DNA of 64,000 bases, taken from the NCBI RefSeq assembly GCF_000372725.1, contig NW_005201287.1, forward strand, positions 1,085,081 to 1,149,080, written 5' to 3'. Made by a program: the position numbers and the translations under genes. Positions 48,337 to 59,057 of the stretch are shown here, piece after piece (position 1 is the stretch's first letter; each line of letters starts with the position of its first letter). Source of the stretch: Emiliania huxleyi CCMP1516. Its lineage: Eukaryota. The notes beneath the pieces were generated by a model. It made no database searches, was not told the DNA's origin, and saw nothing but the letters and a program-made list of their open reading frames with translations.

Positions 48337-48686
48337 CCGGCCGGGCTACCAGGCTGTGGCGAGGAGCAATTTTGCGCAGGGCTGGGAGGGTCGGGGGGCG
48401 CGCAGGGCGCAGCAGCCTGTCGGTTCTCATTGTACCTCGTGGCGCGGTTTCACGTGCGTCCGTGCTCCGTGGGTCGAGGAAGGGCACGCAACTCTTGTAC
48501 TTAGGATTAATGAAATAGCTCCCCAGGGCACTTGGATCACTCGAAAAATTAACTTTTCTTTTCCAACCACACACTCGCTCCCAAGGCCCGGGACGATCGA
48601 CTATCCTATCTCCCAAAATCAGAGGGAGCCCCTACCAGCGGCTCGACCCACGCGGCCCTACCCGGCACGCCCTGGCTGAAGAGGAA

Positions 48687-49418
48687 GTGCAGCTCGTTGC
48701 GGAGACGGAAGCGTTCATCGTCCTCGGCACGTCTTCGAGGGAAGGGCAAGGTCTCAGCATCGCCGGGCTCGACGTTGGCGTGGCAAACCTGTCCGCCGGC
48801 GCACGGTGGGCGTTTCTCGCCACGAACCTGCCATATTTCGTCGTAGCGGCCACCGTGCACAGCTATTCGACGGTGCCTGCATCCTGCGACCTACCCGCGG
48901 CGTGGCCGTTGATCGAGACGAACGAGTGTCCCTTTGGCGCCGCGTGCTCCTCGCCGGCCTTCTTTGCCAGCGTCATCCTGCTGCTCGGCCTCGTCAGCAC
49001 TTATTGGCACGGGGCCCAGAGTCGCCTCGCTCCGGCTCTCTACTGCCGAGCCCGCCTGCAGACGCCGCGCTGGCAGCGGCGGCTCATTGTCTCCGACATC
49101 TCGTGCTCATGCCTAACCTTCACGGTCGGCTTGGCCTGTTTCGGCGTCGCGCGCACGGTCGAGTGGCTGCTCCCTGCTCTCGCGCTCTTTGTCGCCGGGT
49201 CGGTCGCCAAGCGACGGCGCCGCTACGCTCAGTACGCGGTCATCCACGGGCTGTGGCACGCGATCAGTGCCGGCGCGATCCACAACATCGTGCTTGTGGA
49301 GCGGACGCCTCTCGCCTTCCTCTACACACTGCTGCACAACTCGTCGTCGTCTCATGATTCCAGCATGGCGCATGCTCCTGAGTCCGAGCTTCAGCTCTCT
49401 CTCTACTCCTACGAATAG
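48687..49418 (+). CDS. Hypothetical membrane protein (start unresolved)
   Basis: Hydrophobic helices with STYWH and HGLWH motifs; no in-frame ATG seen nearby. Confidence 0.5.
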   Translation: MQLVAETEAFIVLGTSSREGQGLSIAGLDVGVANLSAGARWAFLATNLPYFVVAATVHSYSTVPASCDLPAAWPLIETNECPFGAACSSPAFFASVILLLGLVSTYWHGAQSRLAPALYCRARLQTPRWQRRLIVSDISCSCLTFTVGLACFGVARTVEWLLPALALFVAGSVAKRRRRYAQYAVIHGLWHAISAGAIHNIVLVERTPLAFLYTLLHNSSSSHDSSMAHAPESELQLSLYSYE

Positions 49419-49489
49419 CGTTCTTTTTCTCTTTTTCTGTTTTTTTGTTTTTTTGCCATCGAGCGTCGTTGTCGGTTTAGTTTTCACTA

Positions 49490-49761
49490 AGTCGCGCTCC
49501 CAATACGTGCATCACTTTTGTGACAGGTCTCAGACTTTGAGCGGCCATATCTCGGTAATAACTATTGTCTATTGTCCTAATTGATGGTCCACCGGGTGAC
49601 CGGCGCTAAGACCGGAGAACTCATCGCCATTTCGAACGGGCGCCGGGCGCCCGTTCCAAATCCGAAGAGTTTTCAGGTGGACCATCAATAGTTACCGAGA
49701 TATGGCCGCTCAAAGTCTGAGACCTGTCACAAAAGTGATGCACGTATTGGGAGCGCGACTG
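49490..49761. mobile_element. Tc1/mariner-type palindromic MITE
   Basis: ~69-bp perfect TIR (C)AGTCGCGCTCCCAATACGTGC..., TA on both flanks. Confidence 0.85.
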
Positions 49762-50148
49762 TAATAGCAAATAGGCAAAACACAACGCTCTGTTGGTGCG
49801 CCGACCCCTCACACTGGGACACAACCCCTCATTCCCAACCTTTACTTTCGCCCACCTTCGGCTGAGGGCTGACAAGCTGCCGAGCCCAAATCACTGTGAA
49901 CGCAGTGATTTCTTGTTGGTTTTCAAAAATCTCTCTCTTGAGTACATGCCGCATCTCACTTCTCAGACGTTTCACCATAATATCTCTCTCCCTTGCGCGG
50001 CCAGGCGTGTATTTTTCTTTTCCGGAAAGAATTGAAAGAGCCGAAAGAAAGTGCTGCAAGGCTTGCACACCCAAGAGCGCTGCGAGCCCTTTGACCCTCC
50101 GCGAGTGATTGGAGGCGGCCTTGTGTGCATGCAGCGAGTCACGCTTGA

Positions 50149-51597
50149 ATGGACCGCCTTCAGCCTCTACTGCTCGGTGCCGATGCGCCGCCTACGGAAG
50201 GCCGCAGTCCCGCACGCTTCGGAGGCAAGAGCATCGGGTTCGTGGCCTCCATCGCCCTCACAGTCAACAACATCTCCGGCGCTGGTATGCTGTCCTTTCC
50301 GCAGATGTTCCAGCGGGCAGGGCTGCTGCCCAGCCTCGCAGCGCTTGCCTTGGTCTGCGTGCTCTCCACTCTGTTTGCGACGATGCTCTCCGACACGATA
50401 GCTCGCGTTCCGGGCAACACGGGCTTTTCCCGCCGGATCGAATTCTCAGACCTCTTCCACAGGTTCATCGGGCCTCGCACGGCCCTGCTGACGCAGGCGG
50501 TCTTTTACCTCAACCTGCTGTCGCAAAACCTCGCGGCGATCGTGGCGTGCGCCCAGATGTTTGACAGCTTCGCCGGCAGCTTCTACCCGGGAGCGACGTA
50601 TGCCGTGCGCGTGTCTCCGTCGCCCGTCTCGCTGGTCTCCTGGGAGCCGAGCGCCTGCAAAGGCCCGCACAGCGTGAGCATGGGGCGGTGCGTGCCCTTT
50701 GCGGACGAGGGCGACGGCGCGATGCTGGTCAGCGCGGGGTACGTGGCGACCACGCTCGTGCTGGCGCCGCTTGGCCTGATGACGCTGGAGGAGAACATGG
50801 CTCAGCAAAAGGTGTCCTTCGTCGCGCTGTTCACTCTGACGGCGCAGTTCCTGTTCACGTTCGCCACGAGCGGCTCGGGGCACGACGTCCCTTGGGTGGG
50901 CGAGTCGTGGATCGACGCCGTCGGAGTCGTCATCTTCAACTTTGCGTTTTGCGTCACGGTGCCGAGCTGGCTCAACGAGAAGGCGCCCTCGGTCAGCGTC
51001 AACCGCGTCTTCTGGACCGCGACGGTCACCTCCACGCTCCTCTACGCCGCCGTCGGCTACCTCGGCGCGCGTGCCTTTGCCGACGCGCCCGAGAACATGC
51101 TCTCGATGCTCCTGTCTCCGCGCGTGGGCCTGCCGACGAGGCTGTGCGCCACCCTCTTCGGCGTGCTCATCGTCGGGCTCGGCGTGCCCATCTTCTGCGT
51201 CATGATGCGGTACAACCTCGTCAACGGCGGGCTCTGCGGCGAGCCGTGGGCGCACGTCTGGTCGAGCGCCGTCCCGTTTGGAACCGCGTGGATGCTCTAC
51301 CAGGGCAACGTGATGCTCAAGCTGCTGGCCTACTCGGGCATCGTCCTGAACGGCTTCATCGACTTCCTCATGCCCGGGCTCGTGACGCTCGTCTCCCTCG
51401 GCGCTGCGCACCGCACCCTGCAGGCGGCCGCCGGCGAGGCACCGCACGCGCCCGTCCAGCCCCTGCCCGCGCGCCTGCTGCCCCACTACCGCAACATCAT
51501 CCTGGGCATGGACGCCTGTCTCGCCGTGCTCCTCCCGCTCGGCTTCTGGCTGCAGCTCCAGTCGGACCGCGCGGCCGATGCAGACGGGCTTAGTTAA
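50149..51597 (+). CDS. Amino-acid transporter (AAAP/Aa_trans)
   Basis: NNISGAGMLSFPQMFQRAG, FNFAFCVTVPSW, about 11 TM helices. Confidence 0.9.
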   Translation: MDRLQPLLLGADAPPTEGRSPARFGGKSIGFVASIALTVNNISGAGMLSFPQMFQRAGLLPSLAALALVCVLSTLFATMLSDTIARVPGNTGFSRRIEFSDLFHRFIGPRTALLTQAVFYLNLLSQNLAAIVACAQMFDSFAGSFYPGATYAVRVSPSPVSLVSWEPSACKGPHSVSMGRCVPFADEGDGAMLVSAGYVATTLVLAPLGLMTLEENMAQQKVSFVALFTLTAQFLFTFATSGSGHDVPWVGESWIDAVGVVIFNFAFCVTVPSWLNEKAPSVSVNRVFWTATVTSTLLYAAVGYLGARAFADAPENMLSMLLSPRVGLPTRLCATLFGVLIVGLGVPIFCVMMRYNLVNGGLCGEPWAHVWSSAVPFGTAWMLYQGNVMLKLLAYSGIVLNGFIDFLMPGLVTLVSLGAAHRTLQAAAGEAPHAPVQPLPARLLPHYRNIILGMDACLAVLLPLGFWLQLQSDRAADADGLS

Positions 51598-51992
51598 AGG
51601 CGTAGCGGGGGGAGAAACAACGCCGCGCGCTTTGCAAAAAGCTGGCGGGAGAGGCGCATATACGGGGAAAGACGCGGTGGCGGACGCTCTCTGGTCGTAC
51701 TGGGAGCACTCGTGGCGGACGGTGCGATCGGTGCGGTCGGTAACCTATAACCTTCAGGGCCGGGCCTCGAGGCACGAGGGCCGGGCGTCATATATGTTTT
51801 ATAACCGACACACACTTTTCATGAGACCCCACTTTTGCAATTTGCCAATGGCCCAAACCAACACACGGCGGATGGGGCGGCTAATATAGAATCGTTTTTA
51901 CAACAAAGCTCCCTCGCACGACACTGGGCACGGGACTGGCGCGCGGCTTAGAAAGCGAGAGAAAGAAGGAAAACGGGGGGTGACGGTCCTCC

Positions 51993-53500
51993 GATTTTAG
52001 CAATACCTTTATGTGATGTTACAGGTGGGTTAAGAGGGAGATGTGCGCGACCGCGAGCTGCGGCGTGCGGGACCGCCGGGACGGCGGGCGGGTGATTGCG
52101 ACTCGCGGCCACTTTTGGCGACTTTTGGGACGCGCGTCGATCGGCCGAGATTCGGCATGGCAGGCGAGGGTGTCACGGCCATGATCGTGGCTGCTGACGC
52201 CGGCGACAACCCGCTGGCGGACCGCCGCGAGGACCGGAAGGCGGCAGAGCGGGAGAGGAAGGCCAAGGTGGCGAAGGTCGCCTCGCAGGCGACGAACGCG
52301 ATGGCGGCAGTGCGGGCGCAGCTCGATTTGCGGGAGAAGGGGGCAGCAGACAAGGCGGCGAACAAAGCCAACGACGACGCGGGGGCGCCGGTGAGGGCGT
52401 CGTCTACGATGCTCAATACCAAACAACTCTCTAACACTCACACGTCATTTGGGGCCTGGAGCCCTGTTCACGCGCGCGCGAGACGTGCAGACAGGGTTGC
52501 CAGGTGAGAGCGAATGGCGCGGTTCACGCCTCGCACAACAGAGAGAGAGATGCGCTCTGCATGGTGGGACATAAAAGAAAGCGAGTACTTGGGCGAGTAG
52601 GCCGTGCGGTCGACGCTGCCGCGCGCGGCTTTGCGCGCGAGGCGGCGCAGCTTGAGAACGGCGGTGGGCGAGAAGCCGCCGCCGAACGTCTCGTGGAGCA
52701 GCAGGTTGAAGTTGTTGCGCTTGACAAAGATCGCGTCGTGGTAGAAACCGCGATGCGCCTTGACGTAGCCGTGGCCGTTCTTGTGGTCGAAGGGTTGGCC
52801 GGGTTGCCCGCGCGCCTTGCAGCCCATGTTTAGGCGGCGGGCCTTCTCTTCGGTGTTGCCGAAGGCGTAGGAGTGGCCAACGGAGGCGGGCGTGCCGCCG
52901 CTCGAGGCGTTGCCAACGCCCGCCGAGGAGGTCTTGAGGAGGGGCGTCCAGAGCTTGACTTCATTCACCTCATCGCATCCTCCCGGGCCAGCGTGGGGTT
53001 CCGCGAGGTCGACCTTGTACCCCTCGTTGTACTGCCGGGTGAGCTCTGGTTTCTCCTTGTCACCGTGCACGTCCGGCGCGTTGGCCGGGGCGCGCATCGC
53101 GTCCGCCCAGGCGGCGAGGACGCCGTCGTGGGGCCGCCGGGGTGGTGGGCCTTGTTGTAAAGGTAGTCGCCGAAGAAATCGACTGGCATGCCCCGCTCGA
53201 GCGCGACCCGAAGGGTGGGAAGCGCCACGGAGAGCCAAAGGCCGAGCTTCCGCTGGAGCTCGTCCTGGAGGGCGTCGGAGGAGAGGGCGGTGGCGTACGT
53301 GCCGTCGACACGGACATCGAGGGCTTTGCCGGCGAAAGGCGTTGAGGCGGAGACAAAGCGCGCGGCTTCGCGGTTGTTGACGGCGCTGTCTCCGAGGGAC
53401 GGGTTGTTCTTGACGTGCACGTCCCGCGCCTTGACGAGCTCCTGGTGCGCGAACCAGTCCTGTTGTTGTTTTGTCCTCCGCGCTCCGGCTTCAACAAGAC
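51993..53500 (-). mobile_element. 5'-truncated frameshifted CRE-like retrotransposon, with a 406-bp insert (52008-52413) in its 3' UTR
   Basis: LQRKLGL..DFFGD..H; DLAE..EVK; LLHETFGG; ERISLSVVRGVNRAI; CAATACC duplicated at 52001-52007 and 52414-52420. Confidence 0.8.
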
Positions 53501-53791
53501 GACACATAGCTGTAAACATGGTCATGCTACATGCATGGAAGAGAGAGCTAGATTTCTTGTTGGCTTCTAAAAATCTCTCTCTCTGCATGGAGGAGAGCCT
53601 TTGTGCTTTGAGCATGGACGGCGCGACGGTCGAGGCGGATAACAGGCTTATTGGCTGCCGAGGCTTCGCGATTTCTCTTTTCCGGTGCCAGCCCTGGGGG
53701 CCGGAGCGTCGTGGAGCGTCGTGCCTGGAGCGTCGTGCCGGCTGCGCAGCGCGTGTGAGTGTGCCGCCCACAACACTGCCCACCATCCCCA

Positions 53792-55505
53792 ATGGCAGCC
53801 ACAGCTCCTGTACGCCTGCTCGTGCTCCTCTGCTGCTGCGCCGCCGTGCATGCCTTCGCTCCGGCGCTCGCTCCAGGCTCGCCTTTGCGCCGCCTCGCGC
53901 CGTGCCGCGAGCAGTGCTGCTTCTGCCCGCCGGCCGAACGGCCGGCGCGGTGCGAGCTGCGGCTGAGCGACGCTGGCGCTACACCGCCGAGCCCGGCAGT
54001 CGCAGGGCTCGGCGGCCGCACGCTGCTCAAAGCGAGGCTGATGCTTCTGGCGACGGCAATGCTGTGGGGCACATACCCCGTGAGCATGAAGCTGATCTAC
54101 GCGGCCCCCGGCGCGACTCTCACGCCGATCGGGACCACCGCCATCCGCTTCGCCGTCATGGCGCTCGCCGCCCAGGTCGTCCTGCTGGTGCAAGCGCGTG
54201 CGCCCGCGGGTGGTGGCGTGGGCGGCGGCGAGGGCGGCGGCGGCGGCGACACCTTCTGGCGGAGCGCATTCGAGCTCGGCGCGTGGGGTTGCGCCGGGAC
54301 GCAGCTCAACTCGATGGGTCTGCAGCAGCTCTCCGCCGTCCGAGTGACGCTCATCCTCGCGACGGTCAACATCTTGACGCCCGCACTCGCCGCCATCTTC
54401 GGCACCTCCGACAGCCAGCGATCCATCCCGCGGCGAACGTGGCTGGCCTGCGCCCTCTGCCTCGTCTCGACCGTGCTCGCGGCGCGCCTCCCGCCCCTCA
54501 CCGCACGGGCTGCCCCGCCCCGAGGCCTCAGCTCGCCGCCGGGCTGCCCCGCACCGAGGCCTCAGCTCGCCGCCGGGCTGCCCCGCACCGAGGCCTCAGC
54601 TCGCCGCCGCCTCCTCACCGCAGGTGCAGGTGAGCCCCGCCTCGCCGCTCGTCGCCGCGGCCGCCTCGCGCCTCTCGCCGCCGGACGGGTGCGTCCTGGC
54701 CGCCTCGCTCTGCTACGCCATGTGCAAGGTCCGCCGCCTCCTCCCCTGCCCCTCCCCCCTCCGCGGTCTCTCTCCCCCCCTCCCCCTTCCCCCTCCTCAC
54801 CTCCCTCCCGCGCCTCCCTCCTTCCCTCCGCTAGCCCCACGCCCCTCCCGTGCCCGAGCCGCCCCTCCTCCCCCGCGGCCCGCAGGTGCGTCTCGGCTCC
54901 TTCGTGGAGCGGCACCCCCCCGCCAGGCTCGCGGCGGGCCGGCTGCAGACGCAGGCCCTCCTCTCCTTCGCACTGCTCGGCCTGCTGGGCACGCTCGGGG
55001 GTGCCGCCACCCTCTGGCCAGCTGCCTCTAGCGGGACGCGGCGAGATCAGCCGAGATGACGCGAGCTGGCCCCGGGCGAGTAGGTATCCACAGCTTCGGC
55101 GTGGGGGCGCTGCTCCGCTGGGCGTCGCGAGTGACTCTGCGGCAGGCGGCCCTCCTCGTCGGCTCGGCGCTGCTGCCCGGCGTCATCGCCACGCTGCTCC
55201 AGGCTGCGGGGCAGCGCGTCGTGCCTGCCGCGAGCGCGCAGCCGATCTTCGCTCTGATGCCCGTCTTCGCGGCGCTCTGGGCATTCTTCGTGCTACACGA
55301 GCCAATCAGCCCGAACGAGGCGATGGGCGGGCTCGGCACCGTCGCCGCCGCCGTGATCGCCTCGTCCGCGACGCCGGGTTCTCCGTCCAGCGCCGCACTC
55401 CGGGCGTCCGTGTCGGCGGACGGGCATTCTTCGGCCGCAGGCTCCACGGCCGAGACGGCGCCTGTGCCCACGAGAAGCGCGAGCCAAAGAGGGACGGAGA
55501 TGTGA
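53792..55505 (+). CDS. EamA/DMT transporter, probably plastid-targeted (3 introns)
   Basis: Signal ..AVHAFAP, LWGTYPV, AIRF, QAAGQRVVPAASAQPIFALMPVFAALWAF..HE. Confidence 0.85.
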
Positions 55506-55745
55506 GTCGGGAGCGGATGCCGCAGAGTGCGGGGAGCTCGAGAGAGCGACCCGGGGCGGGCCGCCAGGGCGCGCAACGTCGAGAGAGTGAGACGTGAGAG
55601 AGACAGTGCGGTGAGAAAGCGAATACGGGCTGCCCTCTCCTCAGGCCTGAAACGATGCGGTCAACGTGTAGGGTGTTTCGTTTTGCGCATCCCACTGTGC
55701 GTACCGACGATCCCACGAGAAGGAAACCACAGCACACCCGAGATA

Positions 55746-57089
55746 CTAGTCCGCGACGGCCCGCGATCCGAACGTGCGATCGAGCCTTGCCGCCGCCCAC
55801 TCCGCCGACTCGAGCGCCGAACATACGGTCGACCCCCTCTCGCCCACGGCCTCGCCGGCGAGGAGCAGCCGGTCGCACCCGCTGTCTCGGAGCTCGCGCC
55901 AGACGCCGCAGCCGCCAACGGACGGCGACGTGTAGCCGCCTTGCGAGAATGGGTCCGAACCCCAGTCCACCTTGATCGCATCGAGGGCCTGCAGCTCCTC
56001 ACCCATCCCGTAGACGGCGCGCAATTGGCCGAGCAGCCTCTCCGCCGCCTCCTCCGTCGTGAGCGCCTCGCAAAGGGCGGAGTCGCGAGGCCCAGCCAAG
56101 AAGCCAGCGGCGATGAACACGCCGCCCGCCGCCTCACGCAGCCACACCTGCCGCGCAAAGCTCTCCTCGTCGCTGCACAGGAGCAGCTCGCCCCACCGCC
56201 CTTCCGTCGCCGGCTCCCCACTCCTCCTCTCCCAGACCTTGTGGCTCAGCTGCAGCATCACCTTGGACGCGCCGTGGCACTTGACGCGCCGCGCCGCCTC
56301 GAGCAAGCCGCACCGGACGCCGCGCAGACCGAGGGCTCCCGAGGCGAGTACCGGGAGGGGCACGGTGACGACCGCGCAATCGAACGCCTCGCCGTCGACT
56401 CTGACGCAGCCATCGCTCGCCGCCACGACGCCGACCGGCCTGCGGAGGTGCAGCGAGGCGCCGGCGGCGGCGGCGCGCTGAGCGAGCGCGACCATGGCGG
56501 CCGCGTACTGGCCCTCCATGTGGAAATCGGTGGAGCAGTCTCGCGCATCGAAGAAGTGCTCGCGCCGGCGCCACTCCTTGACGCCGAGGTCCTCGAGACT
56601 CGTCGCATACTCGACCGCCATGAAGGCGTCCATCGCGCGCTGCGCCGAGGGCGGCAGCGTCGAGGCCAGGTCCGCAAACGTCGTGTCGGCGCGAGCATCG
56701 CTCGCCCACGAGTCGTCGCAGAGCACGTCGTCCCAGCACTCACGCATCCGCAGCGTCGCGGCCACGTCGCGGCCATTCCCATCCACAAGAGCGCCGTCGG
56801 AGTAGAGCCGCACGCGGAGCGCCTCTGGTGCGTCCTCCGCGTAGTCGACAAGCGGCCGTGGAGGCGCGAGACCCGCAGCAGCGCACAGGTCAAAGACTGG
56901 GCCTCGCCCGTGCGAGAATTCGGCCCCCAGATCAACCGGAATGCCGCCGAGAGTGCCTCCCGCGCAGCGGCCGCCGACCCTGTCGCGCGCCTCGTAGACT
57001 GCAACCCGCCAGCCTCGCTCGCCGAGCAGGGCGGCCGAAAGGAGACCGGAGGCGCCGGCGCCAACGATGCAGCAGGAGGGCCGCGTCAT
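55746..57089 (-). CDS. Flavin-containing amine oxidase
   Basis: IVGAGASGL, EARDRVGGR, DLGAEF, VVTVPL, W..DPFSQGGY, LAGEA..TVCSALESA. Confidence 0.9.
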   Translation of the reverse strand: MTRPSCCIVGAGASGLLSAALLGERGWRVAVYEARDRVGGRCAGGTLGGIPVDLGAEFSHGRGPVFDLCAAAGLAPPRPLVDYAEDAPEALRVRLYSDGALVDGNGRDVAATLRMRECWDDVLCDDSWASDARADTTFADLASTLPPSAQRAMDAFMAVEYATSLEDLGVKEWRRREHFFDARDCSTDFHMEGQYAAAMVALAQRAAAAGASLHLRRPVGVVAASDGCVRVDGEAFDCAVVTVPLPVLASGALGLRGVRCGLLEAARRVKCHGASKVMLQLSHKVWERRSGEPATEGRWGELLLCSDEESFARQVWLREAAGGVFIAAGFLAGPRDSALCEALTTEEAAERLLGQLRAVYGMGEELQALDAIKVDWGSDPFSQGGYTSPSVGGCGVWRELRDSGCDRLLLAGEAVGERGSTVCSALESAEWAAARLDRTFGSRAVAD

Positions 57090-57864
57090 GCAACGTGACG
57101 CAGCGGATATATCTCGCGAACACGCGCCGAGCCGTCCGGGTGGAAAAAGAATTGGCCCGCGCAAAGCGGAGTTGGAAAAACAAGCGAGGGCTGCTGTCAT
57201 CATTAGATTTATATGCTCAACATCTCTCCTTAGTAGTCAAGAAAGAAACACACACACATCCGTCACTAGAATTTGTTCGGTCAATAAAAACGCCCTCGCA
57301 GGCAGAACACCAGTCCCCATACCAGTCATGGAAAACATGTCCATCAATCAAACAACCCTCTTCCGCAACGGTATCAACAACAACAAGAGTACACACGTGT
57401 CACTCAACCCAGGTCTCGCTCCCCCTCATTCCGTGACCGTGTGCCGCCGCAGCAGCCGGACGACGTCACGGCGCACGACCCAGTCAGACTCGTCCTTCCC
57501 TGCGTGCAGCGAGACGCGGATGGCGCCGTCGCAGCTGCGGATCTCAGCCACATCACCCGGCCACCACGCCTCATCATTCAGCCAGATCTCGAGCTCACTG
57601 TCCACCCCCAGCTCCCCCTCTGTGACAGCTGGAGGAGTAGACGACCTTGACCGGCGAGGTCTGGGTGGTCTCAACAACCTTCGAATCCGAAAAGAATTCC
57701 GAGCGTTAGCCCGTACCCGATCCCGATCATCATCATCTGGCTCGCTGGGGTGCGCTTCTTAGCTCCCCGGCCCTGGATGTGAGGCTACCGACTACACTCC
57801 AAGTGCTCCAAGTGCGCAACCGCGGGCCCCGAAATCGCAAATCGCACAGTGACAGTCAGAAGAC

Positions 57865-58973
57865 ATGAAAAAACCCTTCTCCCACAAGAAAGACCGGCCA
57901 CGGCTACGTCAAGGCGCATCGCGGTTTCTACCACGACGCGATCTTTGTCAAGCGCAACAACTCCGCACAGCCTACTCGCCCAAGTACTCGCTCTCTTTTA
58001 TGTCCCACCATGCAGAGCGCATCTCTCTCTCTGTTGTGCGAGGCGTGAACCGCGCCATTCGCTCTCACCTGGAGAGAGAGAAATCACGACTCTCACAGTG
58101 ATTTGGGCTCGGCAGCTTGTTAGCCCTCAGCCGAAGCTGGGGCCGGTCCCGTAGCCGAGAGAGCCCGCGCCGATGAGTTCGACGCGGACGGGGGGGCCTG
58201 CGGAGAGGCCAGCGAGGTGGCGATCGCTGTACTTCATGGTGCCCTCGGTGGGGCGGCTGACAAGCCAGAGGTCGATACTCTGGACGACCCATAGGATGCC
58301 ACGAATGCCTGAAGGAGAGGGAGGCGAGGCCAGAGGCAGGCTCAGCTGCTCTCGGGTGATCCCGCTTTGGTGGCTGAAGGACCCGATGGTCCTGTCACAT
58401 TCGTGTTCCGAGTCGTGGGGGTAGAAGAATTCGAGGTAGAATCGAGTCAGCACATCCTTGTAGTACAGCGGACCGCCAGGCTCGCCGGCAGCATCCGCAG
58501 GGGAGGCAGCATATGAGGCACCAGTTTTCTGGAGTGCTCAGCAGCTGCGGCCGCGGTGGCAGAGTCGGCCGCGGTTCGAGCGAGCAGCTTTTGGCTGCGG
58601 GTTCGAATCGCGGAAGGCTCATGCCCTCGCGGAGCGACGCGGGTCGCGCGGCGCGCGCGTGTGCGAAATGCGACAACAGACGACAGATGCCAGAGGCCTG
58701 AGCGCTGTACGCCTGAACTTTTGTCGCCGCAATCGACACCGCCGCCATCTTGACGAGCAGCGCGAGCGCGCTCGTCGGCGGCCAGCCGTCGCGGGCCGGG
58801 CCGAGCCCGGCCTCAACCGGCCGCGCCGCCGCAGCAGCTCTCTCTCTCACCTGGCAACCCTGTCTGCACGTCTCGCGCGCGCGTGAACAGGGGGCTCTCC
58901 AGGCCCCAAAAATGTGACGTGTGAGTGTTAGAGTTTGATCTGAGTTGTTTGGGGTATTGCTAAAAATCTCTCT
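57865..58973 (+). mobile_element. CRE-like 3' fragment split by a 771-bp insertion (58073-58843)
   Basis: Homologous to the reverse complement of 52414-52795; CTCTCACCTGG at 58062-58072 and 58844-58854. Confidence 0.85.
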
Positions 58974-59057
58974 GAAGACATGCAAGACGGGGTCCCAGGG
59001 AAGGCAAGCAAAAGCCTTATCGCGCGCGCTAGACGTTTTCACGTAAACGCACGTTTT

